A stretch of DNA of 64,000 nt from an uncultured Planctomycetaceae bacterium (GCA_963833985.1 CAWIAD010000002.1:2016001-2080000), one strand, 5' to 3'; numbered from the stretch's first letter, positions 32,639 to 44,843 are shown. Notes: generated by a model not told the origin, from the sequence alone. Translations and numbers: made by a program.

Positions 32639-34272
32639 GTGACCCACCGCGTTCTGGTGACAGACAAGCTGGCCGAAGAGGGACTGGTGCTGCTACGCGC
32701 CGAGAAGGGCATCGAAGTCATCGTCGACACGAAGCTGGCGAAAGATCCTCAGGCGCTCAAGGCGGCGCTTGCGGAAGCCGACGGCATCGCGGTCCGCTCG
32801 GGAACACAACTGACCGCGGAGATCCTTCAAAACCAGCCGCGGCTCAAGGCCATCGTCCGCGCCGGGGTGGGCGTGGACAATATCGACGTCCCGGCCGCCA
32901 CGCGCCAGGGCATCGTCGTGATGAACACGCCCGGCGGCAACACGGTCTCGACGGCCGAGCACACCATGGCGCTTTTGCTCGCGCTGGCGCGGAATGTGGC
33001 CCCGGCCAACGACAGCCTGAAGACCGGCAAGTGGGATCGGAATACGTTCACCGGCACGCAGCTCGAGGGGAAGACGCTGGGGGTGATCGGCCTGGGCCGG
33101 GTGGGACTGGCGGTCGCCCGCCGCGCCCTGGGTTTCGGCATGACCGTGGTCGGATTCGATCCCTTGCTCTCCGCCGAGAAGGCGCTCGAGCACGGCATCG
33201 AGAGCCTGCCGCGCCTCGACGAGCTCTGGCCGCGGTGCGACTTCATCACCCTGCACACGCCGCTGAACGCCGAGACTCGCCACCTCATCGACGCCCGCGC
33301 GATCGGCATGATGAAGCCCTCGGCGCGGATCATCAACTGCGCGCGGGGCGGCCTGATCGACGAGTCCGCGCTGGTCGAGGCGCTCTCCGGCGGCAAGCTG
33401 GCAGGGGCGGCCGTGGACGTTTTCGATCCCGAGCCACCGCCCGCGGATCTGCCGCTGGTGAAGCATCCCCGGGTCCTGGTCACCCCGCACCTCGGCGCCT
33501 CCACCGAGGAGGCCCAGGTTTCGGTCGCGGTGGAGGCTGCGCGCCTGCTTGCCGACTACCTGGTGAAAGGCCAGGTCCGGTTCGCCGTGAACATGCCCAC
33601 GCTTGACCGGGCCGAGCTCGAGGACGTGCGGCTCTATCTCGACCTGGCCTGGCGGCTGGGCATGCTGCATGCGCAGATGGACCGGGGAACCATCAAGAGC
33701 GCGCGGCTGATCTACCGCGGCGAGTCCGCGAGCAAGAACACCAGGCTGATCACCGCGAGCTTCGCCGCGGGGCTCATGGAGTCCGCGCTGGAGCAGCCGG
33801 TGAACCTCGTCAATGCGCTTTCCCTGCGCACGAGCGGGGCCTGGAAATCGAGGAGCGCGCGGCCGACGCCCCGGGCGATTTCGGCACCATGGTCCAGAGC
33901 GAGGTCACAACCGAGCGCAAGACCTACGTGGCCGCCGGCACGCTCTTCGGCAAGCAGTTCCTGCGGCTGGTGCGGCTCGGCTCGTACCCGCTGGATGCCC
34001 ATATCGACGGCACCTTGCTGGTCTTCACCCACGTGGACCGTCCCGGTCTCATCGGCTTCATCGGCAAGACGCTGGGGGACGAGGGTGTGAACATCGCGCA
34101 GATGAACGTGGGCCGCGAGCACCAGGGCGGCGAGGCGATCGGCGTGGTGAACCTCGACAGCATCCCGACACCGGCGGCCCTGGAGACCCTTCAGCAGCAT
34201 CCGCACATCCTCAGCCTGAGCGTGATCACGCTGCCCTCCCGGGGAACGCTCCCGGCATGGCTGTCACTCTGA
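32639..34272 (+). CDS. serA: D-3-phosphoglycerate dehydrogenase; frameshift ~33825
   Basis: RAGVGVDNID, STAEH, GLGRVG, INCARGG, TPHLGASTEEAQ; ACT domain DRPGLIG in ORF 33889..34272; one added G restores LAHERGLEI. Confidence 0.93.
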
Positions 34273-34306
34273 GCTTCCACGCCAATCGACAGGTGAGGAG
34301 ACGGTC

Positions 34307-34738
34307 ATGGATATCAAGTCGCTAAACCCAACCAAGCATGCGCTTACGCTCTTCGACGAATTCAAGAGCTTCGCCTTCAAGGGGAACGTGGTTGACCTGG
34401 CCATCGGCGTGATCATCGGCGGCGCGTTCGGCAACATCGTCAAGTCGCTGGTGGAGAATATCATCACGCCACTGGTGAGTATCATCTTGCCCGGCGAGAA
34501 TCGTCTCGAGGAACGGCACCTGACGCTCCTCGGGCACGTAATCCACTTCGGCAAGTTCCTGGCCGACCTCATGAATTTCATGATCGTGGCCGCGGCTCTC
34601 TTCCTCTTCGTGGTCAAGTTCCTGGGCTGGATCTTGCGGCTCAAGAAGGAGGAGGCAGCCCAGGCCCCGCCGGAGCCGACGAAAGAGGAACAGTTGCTCA
34701 CCGAGATACGCGATCTGCTCAAGCAGCGCACCGCCTGA
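34307..34738 (+). CDS. mscL: Large-conductance mechanosensitive channel
   Basis: EFKSFAFKGNVVDLAIGVIIGGAF...LLTEIRDLL. Confidence 0.96.
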   Translation: MDIKSLNPTKHALTLFDEFKSFAFKGNVVDLAIGVIIGGAFGNIVKSLVENIITPLVSIILPGENRLEERHLTLLGHVIHFGKFLADLMNFMIVAAALFLFVVKFLGWILRLKKEEAAQAPPEPTKEEQLLTEIRDLLKQRTA

Positions 34739-34744
34739 GCCCGT

Positions 34745-37206
34745 TCATCGGCCACCCAGTTCAAGCCGCGTGCGTTCCGCCGGCACTGAACTCTCGGGGA
34801 GCGCTGGCACGGGCAAGCGCGGCTGAGCAAGCAGGCGGACGGCATCTGTTCCCTCCGTGATTTCCACGAAGCTGTCCGGCTTCAGCCCGTGGAATGCCTG
34901 GCTTTTCCTGCTCGCCGGCCAGTTCACGGTGACCGCGGCAATCGATGCGGCATCTCCCAGCCCGATCAGTTGCACAAGGCTGCTTCCTCCATAGCTGGTG
35001 GCAGCACCGATCGTTCTGTAGATTGAACGAACGGTGCCGTCGGACTTTTGCAGATCAACGCGGAGATTTGCGCCGCAGCGCAGCGCGGTTGGTCTGCGTC
35101 CCCACCAGCTTGACCTTCAGCCAGTGCCTGTCATGCCCCGGGTTCTGAAAGAGCACGTTGTAGGCGGCATCTCCCGGTACGGCGCCACCGACTTCGAGGA
35201 AGAGGTCCAGGTTGCCGTCACAGTCCCAGTCGGCCAGGGAGACGCCGTGCCCCTTTTGCAGGTGTCCGGTGCCCGAAGATTCGCTCACGTCTTCAAAGCG
35301 CTCGCCGCCGACGTTCTTGTAAAGAATGGCGGGCATGAGCGCCGAGTAGTCGGGCCGTCCCGTGCCGAGATAGAGATCGAGAAAGCCGTCGTTGTCGATA
35401 TCGCCTATGCCCATTCCCATCGCCAGGACCACCTTGTCGAGGCCAGCCACAAGCGAGACGTCCTGGAAACCGGCCTTGCCCCGGTTCTTGAAGAGGCGCG
35501 GATGAGCGGCCTTGCCGTTGCTCTTTCCCAGGAAGGCTGTCGCCCAGTCGTTCATCGAGGCCGCGTAGTCGACCACGAAAAGATCAAGCAGTCCGTCGTT
35601 GTCGTAATCAAGGCAGCCGCATGTGAAGCTCACCAGCGGCTCGGTGATTCCCAGCCGCGGAGCCACGTCCTCGAAGGTCCACTCGCCACGGTTGTGGTAA
35701 AGCCGGTTCTCCTGCGCAATTGGAGACGAAGATGTCGAGCAGGCCATCGCCGTCAAAGTCGCCGCACACCGCGGCCTTGGCGTAGCGATCGTTGGTGACA
35801 CCCGCCTGCCTGGCGACGTTGACGAAGGTTCCGTCGCCCCGGCTGCGGTACAGCCGGCACTGGTTGATCTTGTCGCCCACCAGGACCGTATCGCCGGCAA
35901 AAAGTCCGTCGCCGCCGGCCGACGCGAATTCCCCGCAGACGAAGAGGTCGAGCCGGCCGTCGTTGTCGAAGTCGCCCCAGACGGCACAGTGCGAGGCGAT
36001 AGGCTCTCCCAGGCCAGCGGCCGCCGTGACATCCTCGAAGACCCCGTCTCCCTTGTTCCTGAGCAGTGACAGCGGCGCGGGGTTTTCCCAGCCGCCCCGT
36101 AGCATCACCACGTCGAGCAGTCCGTCGTTGTCGTAATCGGCTTGTGCGCAGTTGACCGAATAGACCTGTGCGCTCAGGCCCGCGTGCGACGACACGTCGT
36201 CGAATGACCCGTTGCCCCGATTCAGGAAGAGCGAAGCCCCCAGGTCCACATCATCCGAAGTCGTGAAGATGTCGGGCAGGTTGTCTCCGTTGAAATCATC
36301 GAAGATGCTGCCCCCGGCCAGGTTTGCTCCACGCGTGCTCAGGCCCGCCAGCGGCGCGATGTTGCGGAACCGGCCCACATCGATCCGCGACCGGAGTCCC
36401 TCCATCGGAATCAAGAACTCGGCGGGCACGCTCTCGGGATACTTGCCCAGCGTCATGTAAGCCACATTCAGCAACCAGCGCACGCCCATGTCCTCGGGCC
36501 GCTGGCGGAGGTACTCGGTGAATTGCTGGATCGCCGCGCTGGAGCCGGAGGTCTTCTGATGCACGGCCTGCCTGGAAAGCGGAAAAATGCAGCTCGATGG
36601 TCCGATGCACTCAATGCAGTTCTCGGTCTCTCCCCGCCTCAGATGGATCACGCCCAGCAGTGCCCGCAAGTTAATCTGAAGACCGTTCGGAGTGCCGGGT
36701 GCGCCCGCGTCGGCAATGGCCCGCTCGGTCCAGAGCGCCGCGTCGTTGAATTTCCCCTGGTACATCAGCAGCAAGATCAGCGAGTACTCGGCCTTGAGCC
36801 TGCGCACTGCCTGGTCAGGCACACCGTCGGGGACGGATCTCAGCTCTTCGAGGCAGGCGCGAATGCCACGCTCAGAGCGGGTTGCGATCGCCGCCCGGAC
36901 GTCCGCCAGCGAACTTCGGTCCGCGATCGGTCCCGTGAAACGGGTGGCGGTGCCGAAGCCGGCGTTCTCAAAGCCCTCGGTCGTGAACAGCGGAAAACGG
37001 AACTCTTGCGATGGCGACGGCTCGCTTCCCGCGTTCGCCGTCGCGGGCATCCACCGGGAGCCCGCACCATCATGTTCGCCCCCCAGGGCGACAGCAAGCT
37101 TCCCCAATCGCGCCACCGTTTCCGGCTGACTCAGCGCAAGAACGCCAAGTGTTGAGAGAACCAGGCAGATGCATCCAGCCAGTGTGAGCCGAAGCAGCAT
37201 TCTCAT
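34745..37206 (-). CDS. CRTAC1-family FG-GAP repeat / ASPIC-UnbV protein; frameshifts ~35715 and ~35070
   Basis: Multiple D(F/Y)DNDGxLD repeats across ORFs 35608..37353 and 35055..36032; HWLKVKLVG..TNR and IGLG..VNWP ASPIC-type tail in 34745..34975. Confidence 0.85.
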
Positions 37207-37554
37207 CAGCCGTGCCTTTCGGAGACCAGGGCGACTTGCAGACGTGAGGCAGAGAATGTGAGCCCACCTCTTCATCTCAGAGCGGCAAAAAGCGAGCCGT
37301 GGCCCCGAATTTCTTAGGAGAACCGCACAGGGTTTGACTCGGTGCCCCGACACAGTGTCCCGGCGGTTTCTGAGATGGTGCCTCCGCGCTCGATCCGCGT
37401 CACGAGTCAGGTCGGAATTGCGGCCGGAGGGTGAGCCGAAAGCGAGTCGGGAATGTGAGAAGATGGGCAGGAAGATTTGTGCCCGGCGGTCTGGCGAAGC
37501 GCGGGGCTTCGCCAGATCGGGGAGGTGATGGATGTGCAGGAACTGTTTGGGTGC

Positions 37555-39030
37555 TCAGCCGAGAGCCACGGTCACCGTCTTGTGCTCGGTGTAGTTGTCG
37601 AGCGCCTTCTCGCCCAGCTCGCGGCCGAGTCCGCTGCTCTTGAAGCCGCCGAACGGGGCCGCGGCGTCAAACACGTCGTAGCAGTTGATCCATACCGTGC
37701 CCGCACGGATGCGGTTGGCGATCGCGTGGGCCTTGCCGATGTCACGCGTCCACACCGCCGCGGCCAGGCCGTAATCGGTATTGTTCGCGCGCTGGATCAC
37801 GTCTTCGATGTTCTTGAACTTGAGTACCTGCATCACCGGGCCAAAGATCTCATCGGTGGCGATGGCCATGGCGTCCTTGACGTCGGCGAAGACGGTGGGC
37901 TTGATGAAGTATCCCTTGTCGCCGAATCGCTCGCCCCCGCTGACGCACCGCGCCCCCTGTGCCTTGCCCTTCTCGATGTACGAGAGAATCTTCTTGAACT
38001 GACCCTCGTCGATCTGCGGCCCTTGCTCGGTGCTGGGATCAAACGGATCGCCCAGCTTGCGACTGGTGCTGCGCTCCGCAAGCCGCTCGACCATCTTGTC
38101 GTAGACCGGCTCCTCCACCAGCAGCCGGCTTCCCGCACAGCAGCACTGGCCCTGGTTCAGGAACAGGCCGAGCATGGCCCCGTCCACCGCGGCATCCAGG
38201 TCGGCGTCGGCAAAGACGATGTTCGGGCTCTTGCCGCCCAGCTCGAGGGTCACGCGCTTGAGCGAATCGGCCGCGCTCTTCATGATGATCTTGCCGGTCG
38301 TCGTCTCGCCCGTGAAGGCGATCTTGTCGACGCCCTTGTGCGCCACCAGCGGTGCGCCAGCCGTCTCTCCGAAGCCGGGAACGATGTTGATCACACCCTC
38401 GGGGAAGCCCGCCTCGAGTGCCAGTTCGCCCATCCGCAGCGCCGTGAGCGGAGTCTGCTCGGCCGGCTTGAGCACCACGGTGCAGCCGGCGGCCAGGGCC
38501 GGGCCCCATTTCCAGGCCACCATGAGCATCGGGAAGTTCCAGGGGATGATCTGCCCGACCACCCCCACCGGCTCACGCCGGGAGTAGCAGAAAAAGTTGC
38601 CGCGGACGGGAATGGTCTGGCCGTGGATCTTGTCGGCCCAGCCGGCATAGTAGCGCAGGCAGTCGATGACCAGGGGCAGGTCACCGTTGCGGCTCTCGCT
38701 GATCGGCTTGCCGTTGTCGAGCGTCTCGAGCTCGGCCAGCTCGTCGATGTGCTCCTCGATCAGGTCAGCCAGCTTGAACATGAGCCGGCCGCGGTCACGC
38801 GCATCCATCTTGCTCCAGGGCCCGCACTCGAACGCCTTGCGTGCGGCCTTGACGGCCAGGTCGATGTCGGCCGCGTCACCCTCGGCCACCTGGGCGATGA
38901 CCTCCTCGGTCGCGGGATTGATCGTCGCGAACGTCTTGCCGCTCTGGCTGTCGCGGAACTTCCCATCGATCAGGAGCCTGGTCTGAAAGGAAGGGGCCGC
39001 CTTGCGGCGCGGTTCGGTCACGGTGGCCAT
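37555..39030 (-). CDS. NAD(P)-dependent aldehyde dehydrogenase
   Basis: [54 protein letters not shown]. Confidence 0.95.
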   Translation of the reverse strand: MATVTEPRRKAAPSFQTRLLIDGKFRDSQSGKTFATINPATEEVIAQVAEGDAADIDLAVKAARKAFECGPWSKMDARDRGRLMFKLADLIEEHIDELAELETLDNGKPISESRNGDLPLVIDCLRYYAGWADKIHGQTIPVRGNFFCYSRREPVGVVGQIIPWNFPMLMVAWKWGPALAAGCTVVLKPAEQTPLTALRMGELALEAGFPEGVINIVPGFGETAGAPLVAHKGVDKIAFTGETTTGKIIMKSAADSLKRVTLELGGKSPNIVFADADLDAAVDGAMLGLFLNQGQCCCAGSRLLVEEPVYDKMVERLAERSTSRKLGDPFDPSTEQGPQIDEGQFKKILSYIEKGKAQGARCVSGGERFGDKGYFIKPTVFADVKDAMAIATDEIFGPVMQVLKFKNIEDVIQRANNTDYGLAAAVWTRDIGKAHAIANRIRAGTVWINCYDVFDAAAPFGGFKSSGLGRELGEKALDNYTEHKTVTVALG

Positions 39031-39291
39031 GAGTCGAGTTCCTTTCATCGGAGCGAGTCGCGGCACATGGGGAGAGGGATTGCCGCCTTTGCGCGTCCGC
39101 GCCAGGCAGGCCGCTACGGGCATCTTACGGGTCGGCCTGGTACCATTCAAGGTAAAGCCCGCTCCTGGTCCAGGGGGGCTCACTTCCGTCTCTCGCTGAT
39201 CGCGTGTCGTGGTTTCGGCGGGAGAATCCAAAATCGTCGGAACCGAGAGCCTTCAGGCTGCACTCTCAGAGATGGATCACCTGTTCGGGAG

Positions 39292-41274
39292 ATGTCGGTC
39301 ATGTCTCAGGGAGACCTCGCCCCGGTGCAATCGTCGCTGGTGCGCCTGCTCACTCATGGAACCATGACAGGGGCAGGCGAAAGCCAGATCCTGGAGCGAT
39401 TCCTCGCGCACGACGATGATTCCGCGTTTGAAGCTCTCCTTACGAGGCACGGCCCGATGGTGCTGGCGACCTGCCACCGCATCCTCGACGATCCGCACGA
39501 TGTGGAAGACGCCTTCCAGGCCACGTTCCTGGTGCTGGTCCGCAAGGCCCCATCGATCCGCGACCAGGCCGTGCTTGGTCCATGGCTTCATGGTGTGGCC
39601 CGGCGGGTTGCCGTGCGGTGCCGGGCGAATACCCGGCGCAGGCGGCAACGCGAACGTTCGGGCATGGAGATGACCACGTGGGAAGATCGCCGCGCAGACC
39701 ATTCCGACGCACATGAGCTTCGCGCCGTCATCGATGAGGAAGTGGCCCGACTGCCCGAGCACTATCGGCGAGCCCTTATCCTGTGCGACCTGGAAGGCCA
39801 GACTCAGGAGCAGGCGGCGGCGCAGTTGTGCTGTGCGGTCGGCACCGTCAAGAGCCGCCTGGCACGGGGTCGCGACAGGCTGCGGTCGCGCCTGGCACGC
39901 CGCGGCCTGGCCTCGTCGGCGGCCGTTGTGGCCCGGACGCTGGCACCCGAGCCGGCCTCGGCGGTCACTGCCGAATTGCTGAAGTCGACACTTTCGGCCG
40001 CGACCCGGTTTTCGATGTCAGGCGGCACGACAGCCGGGACCGTCTCGGCTGCGGTCGCCACGCTCGTTCAAGAAACCCTCAGGAGCATGAGCATGAACGC
40101 ATTCAAATTCGCCACGGCCCTGCTGACGGCTACGGGGCTCGTCGCCACCGGCGCGGGCGTGCTGGCCTACCAGGCACCCGGAAAGGCCGCACCCCTGCCA
40201 GCGGCCGGAGCGGATCTCAAGAAGGCGGAACCTGCCACCAACCCGAGCCCCGAAACCAGGAAAGTCGAGGCCGGAACTGAAACGTCTGAGACTCGATCGA
40301 TCGAGGATCTGGCCAGGGCACGATTGAGGGTGGCGGAGAACATCCTGAATCGAAATCAGGCATTGGGCGTGGAGGGTCCGTTCGCCGATGAGAGTTTCGA
40401 TTTCGTCCGCACCAGCGCGCTCCGCGTGCTGGAGGCCGAGCGCGACCTGCATCGCGACCGGGCCGGCCAGATCGCTGCGCTCGAGCGTTACCTCAAGACC
40501 GTCAAGGAACTCGAGGCCAAGACACGGTCGCTCGCCGATTCCAACAGGGTGTTAGCGGGAGAGTACTATCGCCTCGAGGCCGAGATGTGGCTCGCGGAAG
40601 CCCGCGAAGGCAAGGATACGAAACGCCCCGGTCCGAACCTCGGAGCTTCCGCCGGCGCGGGCGTTCGCCCTGGCACCGATCCGAAGTCCCAGGTGCTGCT
40701 GTCGCGGCTGGAAGAGACCATCCCGATGCGGTTTGCCAACCCGACGCCGCTGGGCGACGTGCTCAAGTACATTGAAGCCGCCACGTCGAGTCACGGCCGC
40801 GAACCGATCCAGATCTACGTCGATCCGGTCGATTTCTCGGACGGTGAGAACAAGAGTGGAGACCTCATGAAGAGCCCCATCACGATGGATCTGGAGGGGG
40901 TCCCCTTGCGGCGAGTTCTCAAGTTCATTGCCGAGCAACTCGGCATGGGTTACGGCATCAAGGACGGCATGGTGACGATGCGGCCGCCCGACATGCGCAA
41001 ACGCAACTGGCAAGAGCTGCTGGTGATGGAAGAGTCGTTCCCGGAGTCGTCGCCGCTGGCGACCGAGGTCGAACGGGCGCGGCGCGGTGAACTGAGTACC
41101 GCCGAACTCGAGCAGTTGAACGAGAAGATGCAGGCCATCGAGGCCGTGACCAGGCGCTACTCCGAGATCCGGACCGTGCTGCGGCCGGGGATGGGCATGA
41201 TGATGAACCGTCCCGCGGGTGTGACGCCCGGAAGCCCGGCGCAAGTGGGTCAGCCTGGTGGACCTGCCAGGTGA
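39292..41274 (+). CDS. ECF sigma factor with transmembrane segment and long C-terminal extension
   Basis: AFEALLTRHGPMV, DVEDAFQATFLVL, GPWLHGVA, LPEHYR..LILCDLEG, GTVKSRLARGR; hydrophobic stretch ATALLTATGLVATGAGVLA. Confidence 0.9.
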   Translation: MSVMSQGDLAPVQSSLVRLLTHGTMTGAGESQILERFLAHDDDSAFEALLTRHGPMVLATCHRILDDPHDVEDAFQATFLVLVRKAPSIRDQAVLGPWLHGVARRVAVRCRANTRRRRQRERSGMEMTTWEDRRADHSDAHELRAVIDEEVARLPEHYRRALILCDLEGQTQEQAAAQLCCAVGTVKSRLARGRDRLRSRLARRGLASSAAVVARTLAPEPASAVTAELLKSTLSAATRFSMSGGTTAGTVSAAVATLVQETLRSMSMNAFKFATALLTATGLVATGAGVLAYQAPGKAAPLPAAGADLKKAEPATNPSPETRKVEAGTETSETRSIEDLARARLRVAENILNRNQALGVEGPFADESFDFVRTSALRVLEAERDLHRDRAGQIAALERYLKTVKELEAKTRSLADSNRVLAGEYYRLEAEMWLAEAREGKDTKRPGPNLGASAGAGVRPGTDPKSQVLLSRLEETIPMRFANPTPLGDVLKYIEAATSSHGREPIQIYVDPVDFSDGENKSGDLMKSPITMDLEGVPLRRVLKFIAEQLGMGYGIKDGMVTMRPPDMRKRNWQELLVMEESFPESSPLATEVERARRGELSTAELEQLNEKMQAIEAVTRRYSEIRTVLRPGMGMMMNRPAGVTPGSPAQVGQPGGPAR

Positions 41275-41311
41275 CGGAATCAAGATCTGTCCCGCATCCA
41301 GCTCGGATGGC

Positions 41312-42295
41312 TCAGTAGCTCGATGCGCTGATGACCTCGCCCCCGGCGATCGTCCCGACCGCCGTCCACAATCTCGGCTCGATCGAGTCCTTGATGAACC
41401 GCACAGCGCCGTCGACCGTCGCCAGATTCACTCCTCCCGGGTGCCGGCTCGATGCGGTGTCAACGACCGGGCAGCCGTGATCGGTCGTGCCGCCCAGCAG
41501 ACAGCTTGGCTGGTTGGGCGGCAAGATGTGATTGTAGCGCGTGTAGAAGAGAGCCCCGTCGCCCCAGCGCTGGCCTGAAAGCTCGTGCGGCACGGTATAG
41601 CGGGAGGTGAACCCGGGAGTCAGGTTCTGGCAGGCAGCCTGGTTCCGACCGATCAGGTAGAAGTCGGCTCTCATGTCAGTGAACGCGGCGGTGCCCAGGC
41701 AACGCTCGCTGAAGAGTGCGGTGTTGGAAGTCCCGTCGGTCACCTGGGCAACCCGCACGGCACTCTGGTACCAGAAGATTCCCGTGTTCCGGCCGGTACC
41801 GTCGGGCGAGTCGGCCGCCAGGTTGTAAGGAAGCGTGCCCGCGTTGCCGCGATAGCTGTTGTGCCCCAGGTCGTACGGATCGGCGCTCCAGTCCGGGTCG
41901 GAAGGGCACAAGAAGGAAGAGACCTTCGTGGCCAGGGCCGTCTGGTTGGGCGGTCCGTAAACGGGGTCGGCCATCCAGGCGACACCGCTCAGATTGATTG
42001 CGTTGTACAGGCCGGTCTGCTCGAGTTGAGGCAGGAGCTGCGATTGGGTTGACCAGCGCGGTACGCGTCCCGGGCCCGGCGGCGCACTGCCGCCCACACC
42101 ATAGGGATAGACGCCGTGAGTCGACTCGTAATTCGCCGTCGCCAGTGCCAGTTGCTTGAGGTTGCACACGCACTGGGCCCGCCGCGCGGCTTCGCGAGAG
42201 GATGCCACCGCGGGCACGAGAAGACCGCAGAGGATCCCGATGATCAGGATCACGACCATCAGCTCCAGTAGCGTGAAGCCACGATTCCGGCCCAT
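41312..42295 (-). CDS. DUF1559 prepilin-type protein (H-X9-DG motif)
   Basis: GFTLLELMVVILIIGIL, REAARRAQC.CNLKQ, CPSD, DGTSNT, SRHPGGVNLATVDG. Confidence 0.93.
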   Translation of the reverse strand: MGRNRGFTLLELMVVILIIGILCGLLVPAVASSREAARRAQCVCNLKQLALATANYESTHGVYPYGVGGSAPPGPGRVPRWSTQSQLLPQLEQTGLYNAINLSGVAWMADPVYGPPNQTALATKVSSFLCPSDPDWSADPYDLGHNSYRGNAGTLPYNLAADSPDGTGRNTGIFWYQSAVRVAQVTDGTSNTALFSERCLGTAAFTDMRADFYLIGRNQAACQNLTPGFTSRYTVPHELSGQRWGDGALFYTRYNHILPPNQPSCLLGGTTDHGCPVVDTASSRHPGGVNLATVDGAVRFIKDSIEPRLWTAVGTIAGGEVISASSY

Positions 42296-42386
42296 GACGC
42301 ACCTCCGGAAAAACGTCTTCGGCGTTCGAAGTGTCCCTCTATCTTACATTTGTCATTGAATCTTTCAAGACGCTGGTGGTGAACCT

Positions 42387-43478
42387 TCACCACTTATCGA
42401 TGGGTCCGGCCGGCACGGGGACGTGCAGATCGAAGTGGCCGGGCAGGCCGCTGGACGGACCGGTGTCGCGGACGGCGGCGAGTGTCTCGTCGAAGAGCGC
42501 GGCGCTGGAAAGCTGGACGAGGCGCAGGTAGAACGGCTTCGGCATGCGCGTGAAGTGGTAATACCACTTGAGGATCTTGCGAAACTGGAGGCAGGCGTAG
42601 AACTCGCCGCGGCGGTCGACCAGGCCATGAAAATGGCGGCTCATCAGGTCCAGACGTTCTTCGAAGCTCGGTTCCGGGCCGGTGGTGCCGGTGCGTACCC
42701 AGCAGGCGAGCTGGCGGAAGAAGTAGGGATTGGCCAGAGCGCCGCGGCCAATCGAGACCGCCGCGCAGCCGGTCTCCTGGAACATCCGCGCCGCGTCCGC
42801 GATGGTCCGCACGTCGCCATTGGCGATCACAGGGATGCGCTCGACGGCCTCGACCACGGCGCGGATGCCTGCGCGGTTCACCGCGCCTGAGAAACCCTGG
42901 GCACGCGTCCGGCCGTGCACGATGACCCCGGCCGCGCCCACCTGCTCGAAGGCGCGCGCCAGCTCCGGCGCGGTGAGCGATTCGTCGTCCCACCCCAGAC
43001 GCATCTTGATGGTGACCGGCACGGTCACGGCGCGCACCACGGCGGCCACCAGCTCGACGGCGCGATCGACCTGGCACATGAGGGCGGACCCGCCACCGCT
43101 ACGAACCACCTTCCGGACCGGGCATCCCATGTTGATATCGACAACGCTTGCCCCGTTTCCCTGCACCCAGCGCGCGGCTTGCTCCATCTCGGCGATCACG
43201 TGTCCGTAGATCTGGATGGCCAGCGGGCGGTCGGCCGGGCAGGTCTCGGCCAGCTCGATCGCCCGGCGCCGTTTTTCGATGAGCGATCGGGCGTTGACCA
43301 GGTCGGTGGTCGCCAGCCCGAGCCCGCCACACTGACGCACGGCCAGCCGAAACGCCAGGCTGGTGTAACCGGCCAGCGGTGCCAGGAAGAATCGCGAGGG
43401 CATTGCGACACCGCCCAGCTCAAGCGGCTCGCGGACAATCGCCGGCGCCGAGGGGTACAATGCGGGCAGGTGTGACAA
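42387..43478 (-). CDS. dusB: tRNA dihydrouridine synthase
   Basis: LAPLAG, DINMGCP, KMRLGW, VHGRT, ANGDV, IGRGALANP. Confidence 0.9.
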   Translation of the reverse strand: MSHLPALYPSAPAIVREPLELGGVAMPSRFFLAPLAGYTSLAFRLAVRQCGGLGLATTDLVNARSLIEKRRRAIELAETCPADRPLAIQIYGHVIAEMEQAARWVQGNGASVVDINMGCPVRKVVRSGGGSALMCQVDRAVELVAAVVRAVTVPVTIKMRLGWDDESLTAPELARAFEQVGAAGVIVHGRTRAQGFSGAVNRAGIRAVVEAVERIPVIANGDVRTIADAARMFQETGCAAVSIGRGALANPYFFRQLACWVRTGTTGPEPSFEERLDLMSRHFHGLVDRRGEFYACLQFRKILKWYYHFTRMPKPFYLRLVQLSSAALFDETLAAVRDTGPSSGLPGHFDLHVPVPAGPIDKW

Positions 43479-43547
43479 CGGGCTGACCTCCTGGAGACGC
43501 CGGACGGCTCGAAAACCTTATTCTATTGGTGCGGACCCTGAGACACG

Positions 43548-44810
43548 ATGTCAGTTGGCGATCCTTCCAGCAACGGAATCGACGCGGAAGCCTGGGTGCT
43601 GGATACCGAGCCAGGCCAGCGGCTGCTGGCTGAGGCGTCCGCGATCCGCGATCCACGTCCGGCCGATTATACGCGCTGGAGGAAGATCGCATCGGCCCCG
43701 CGGGTCGCTGCCGCCGTCCGGCTGGCATCCTGCCGGGCCAGGGCAGGCGCGAAATTCTCACGCGGCAATCGCATGTGGCTCGATCCTGTTGGAATGGAGC
43801 AGGCCACCAGCGAGGTCGTCGCCCGGTACAAGGCCAGACGCTTCGAGACGGAGCATGTCGTCGACCTCTGCGCCGGGATCGGAGGCGACACGATCGCCCT
43901 GGCGGGAAGATCGAAGGTCATGGCCGTCGATCTCGACAGGGCCATGTGCCGCCGGCTCGCCTGGAATGCTGCCGTCTACGAGGTCGCGGAGCGCGTGCTG
44001 CCTTGCCGCTGCCGCGCTGAGACCTTTGCGATCCCGCACGGGGCGTGGGTTCACATCGACCCTGACCGGCGCTCCGGCGGGCCAAGGCGAGCCAGACTGC
44101 TGGCTGATTACCGTCCCGGCATCGAGTTCCTCAGAAGCCTGATGATAGCTGCGCCTGGCGGTGCCCTCAAGCTCAGCCCCGCCAGCGACTTCGCCGTCCA
44201 TTTCGATCGACCGCAACTCGAGATCGAGCTGATCAGCGTGAGCGGCGAATGCAAGGAGGCGACGGTCTGGTTCGGTGCCGCGGCCACCTGCCGGCGCCGG
44301 GCCACGCGACTTCCGGAGAACGTCACCTGGACCGACCGTGATGGCGATTCCAGGCTGGGTTTCCAGGTTCCCGCCGTACCGGTCTCCACGTTTGTCTTCG
44401 ATCCCGACCCCTCCCTGCTCCGCGCCGGACTGCTCGATTCATTCGCCGCGGCTCATGGGCTGAACCGGATCGCGGCCGATGTGGATTACCTGACCAGCAA
44501 TCGGCTGCTGAACGCGCCGTTTCTTACCGCCTTCGAAGTCCAGAGCGTCCACCGCCTTGACCTCAAACAGCTCCGGCGCCTGGTTGCCGAGCAAGACCTT
44601 GGGCCGCTGGAGATCAAGATCCGGGGGCTGGACCTTGCACCGGAACACGTCCGCACACAGCTTCGTGCCCGGGGCACGCGTTCGGGAACGCTGATACTTT
44701 CGGGAGGCACTGGACCGGCGCGAGCGATCATTGCCCGCCGAGTGGTCGCGGAGACCGCCACTGGCGGGACCGAAGCAAACGGGGAGGACGGGCCCGGGGT
44801 TCGCGAATGA
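43548..44810 (+). CDS. Class I SAM-dependent methyltransferase with THUMP-like C-terminus
   Basis: EQATS, VDLCAGIGGD, HIDPDRR, KLSP, ECKEA..WFG, DPDPSLLRAG. Confidence 0.82.
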   Translation: MSVGDPSSNGIDAEAWVLDTEPGQRLLAEASAIRDPRPADYTRWRKIASAPRVAAAVRLASCRARAGAKFSRGNRMWLDPVGMEQATSEVVARYKARRFETEHVVDLCAGIGGDTIALAGRSKVMAVDLDRAMCRRLAWNAAVYEVAERVLPCRCRAETFAIPHGAWVHIDPDRRSGGPRRARLLADYRPGIEFLRSLMIAAPGGALKLSPASDFAVHFDRPQLEIELISVSGECKEATVWFGAAATCRRRATRLPENVTWTDRDGDSRLGFQVPAVPVSTFVFDPDPSLLRAGLLDSFAAAHGLNRIAADVDYLTSNRLLNAPFLTAFEVQSVHRLDLKQLRRLVAEQDLGPLEIKIRGLDLAPEHVRTQLRARGTRSGTLILSGGTGPARAIIARRVVAETATGGTEANGEDGPGVRE

Positions 44811-44843
44811 GAACAGGATCGGAGACTGAAGTCGAGAGGGCGT

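Noticed and set aside
37477..39291. 1265-aa ORF as a single giant sigma-factor fusion
   Set aside because: The first ~600 codons are the antisense shadow of the aldehyde dehydrogenase; the sigma domain starts at about 39292.
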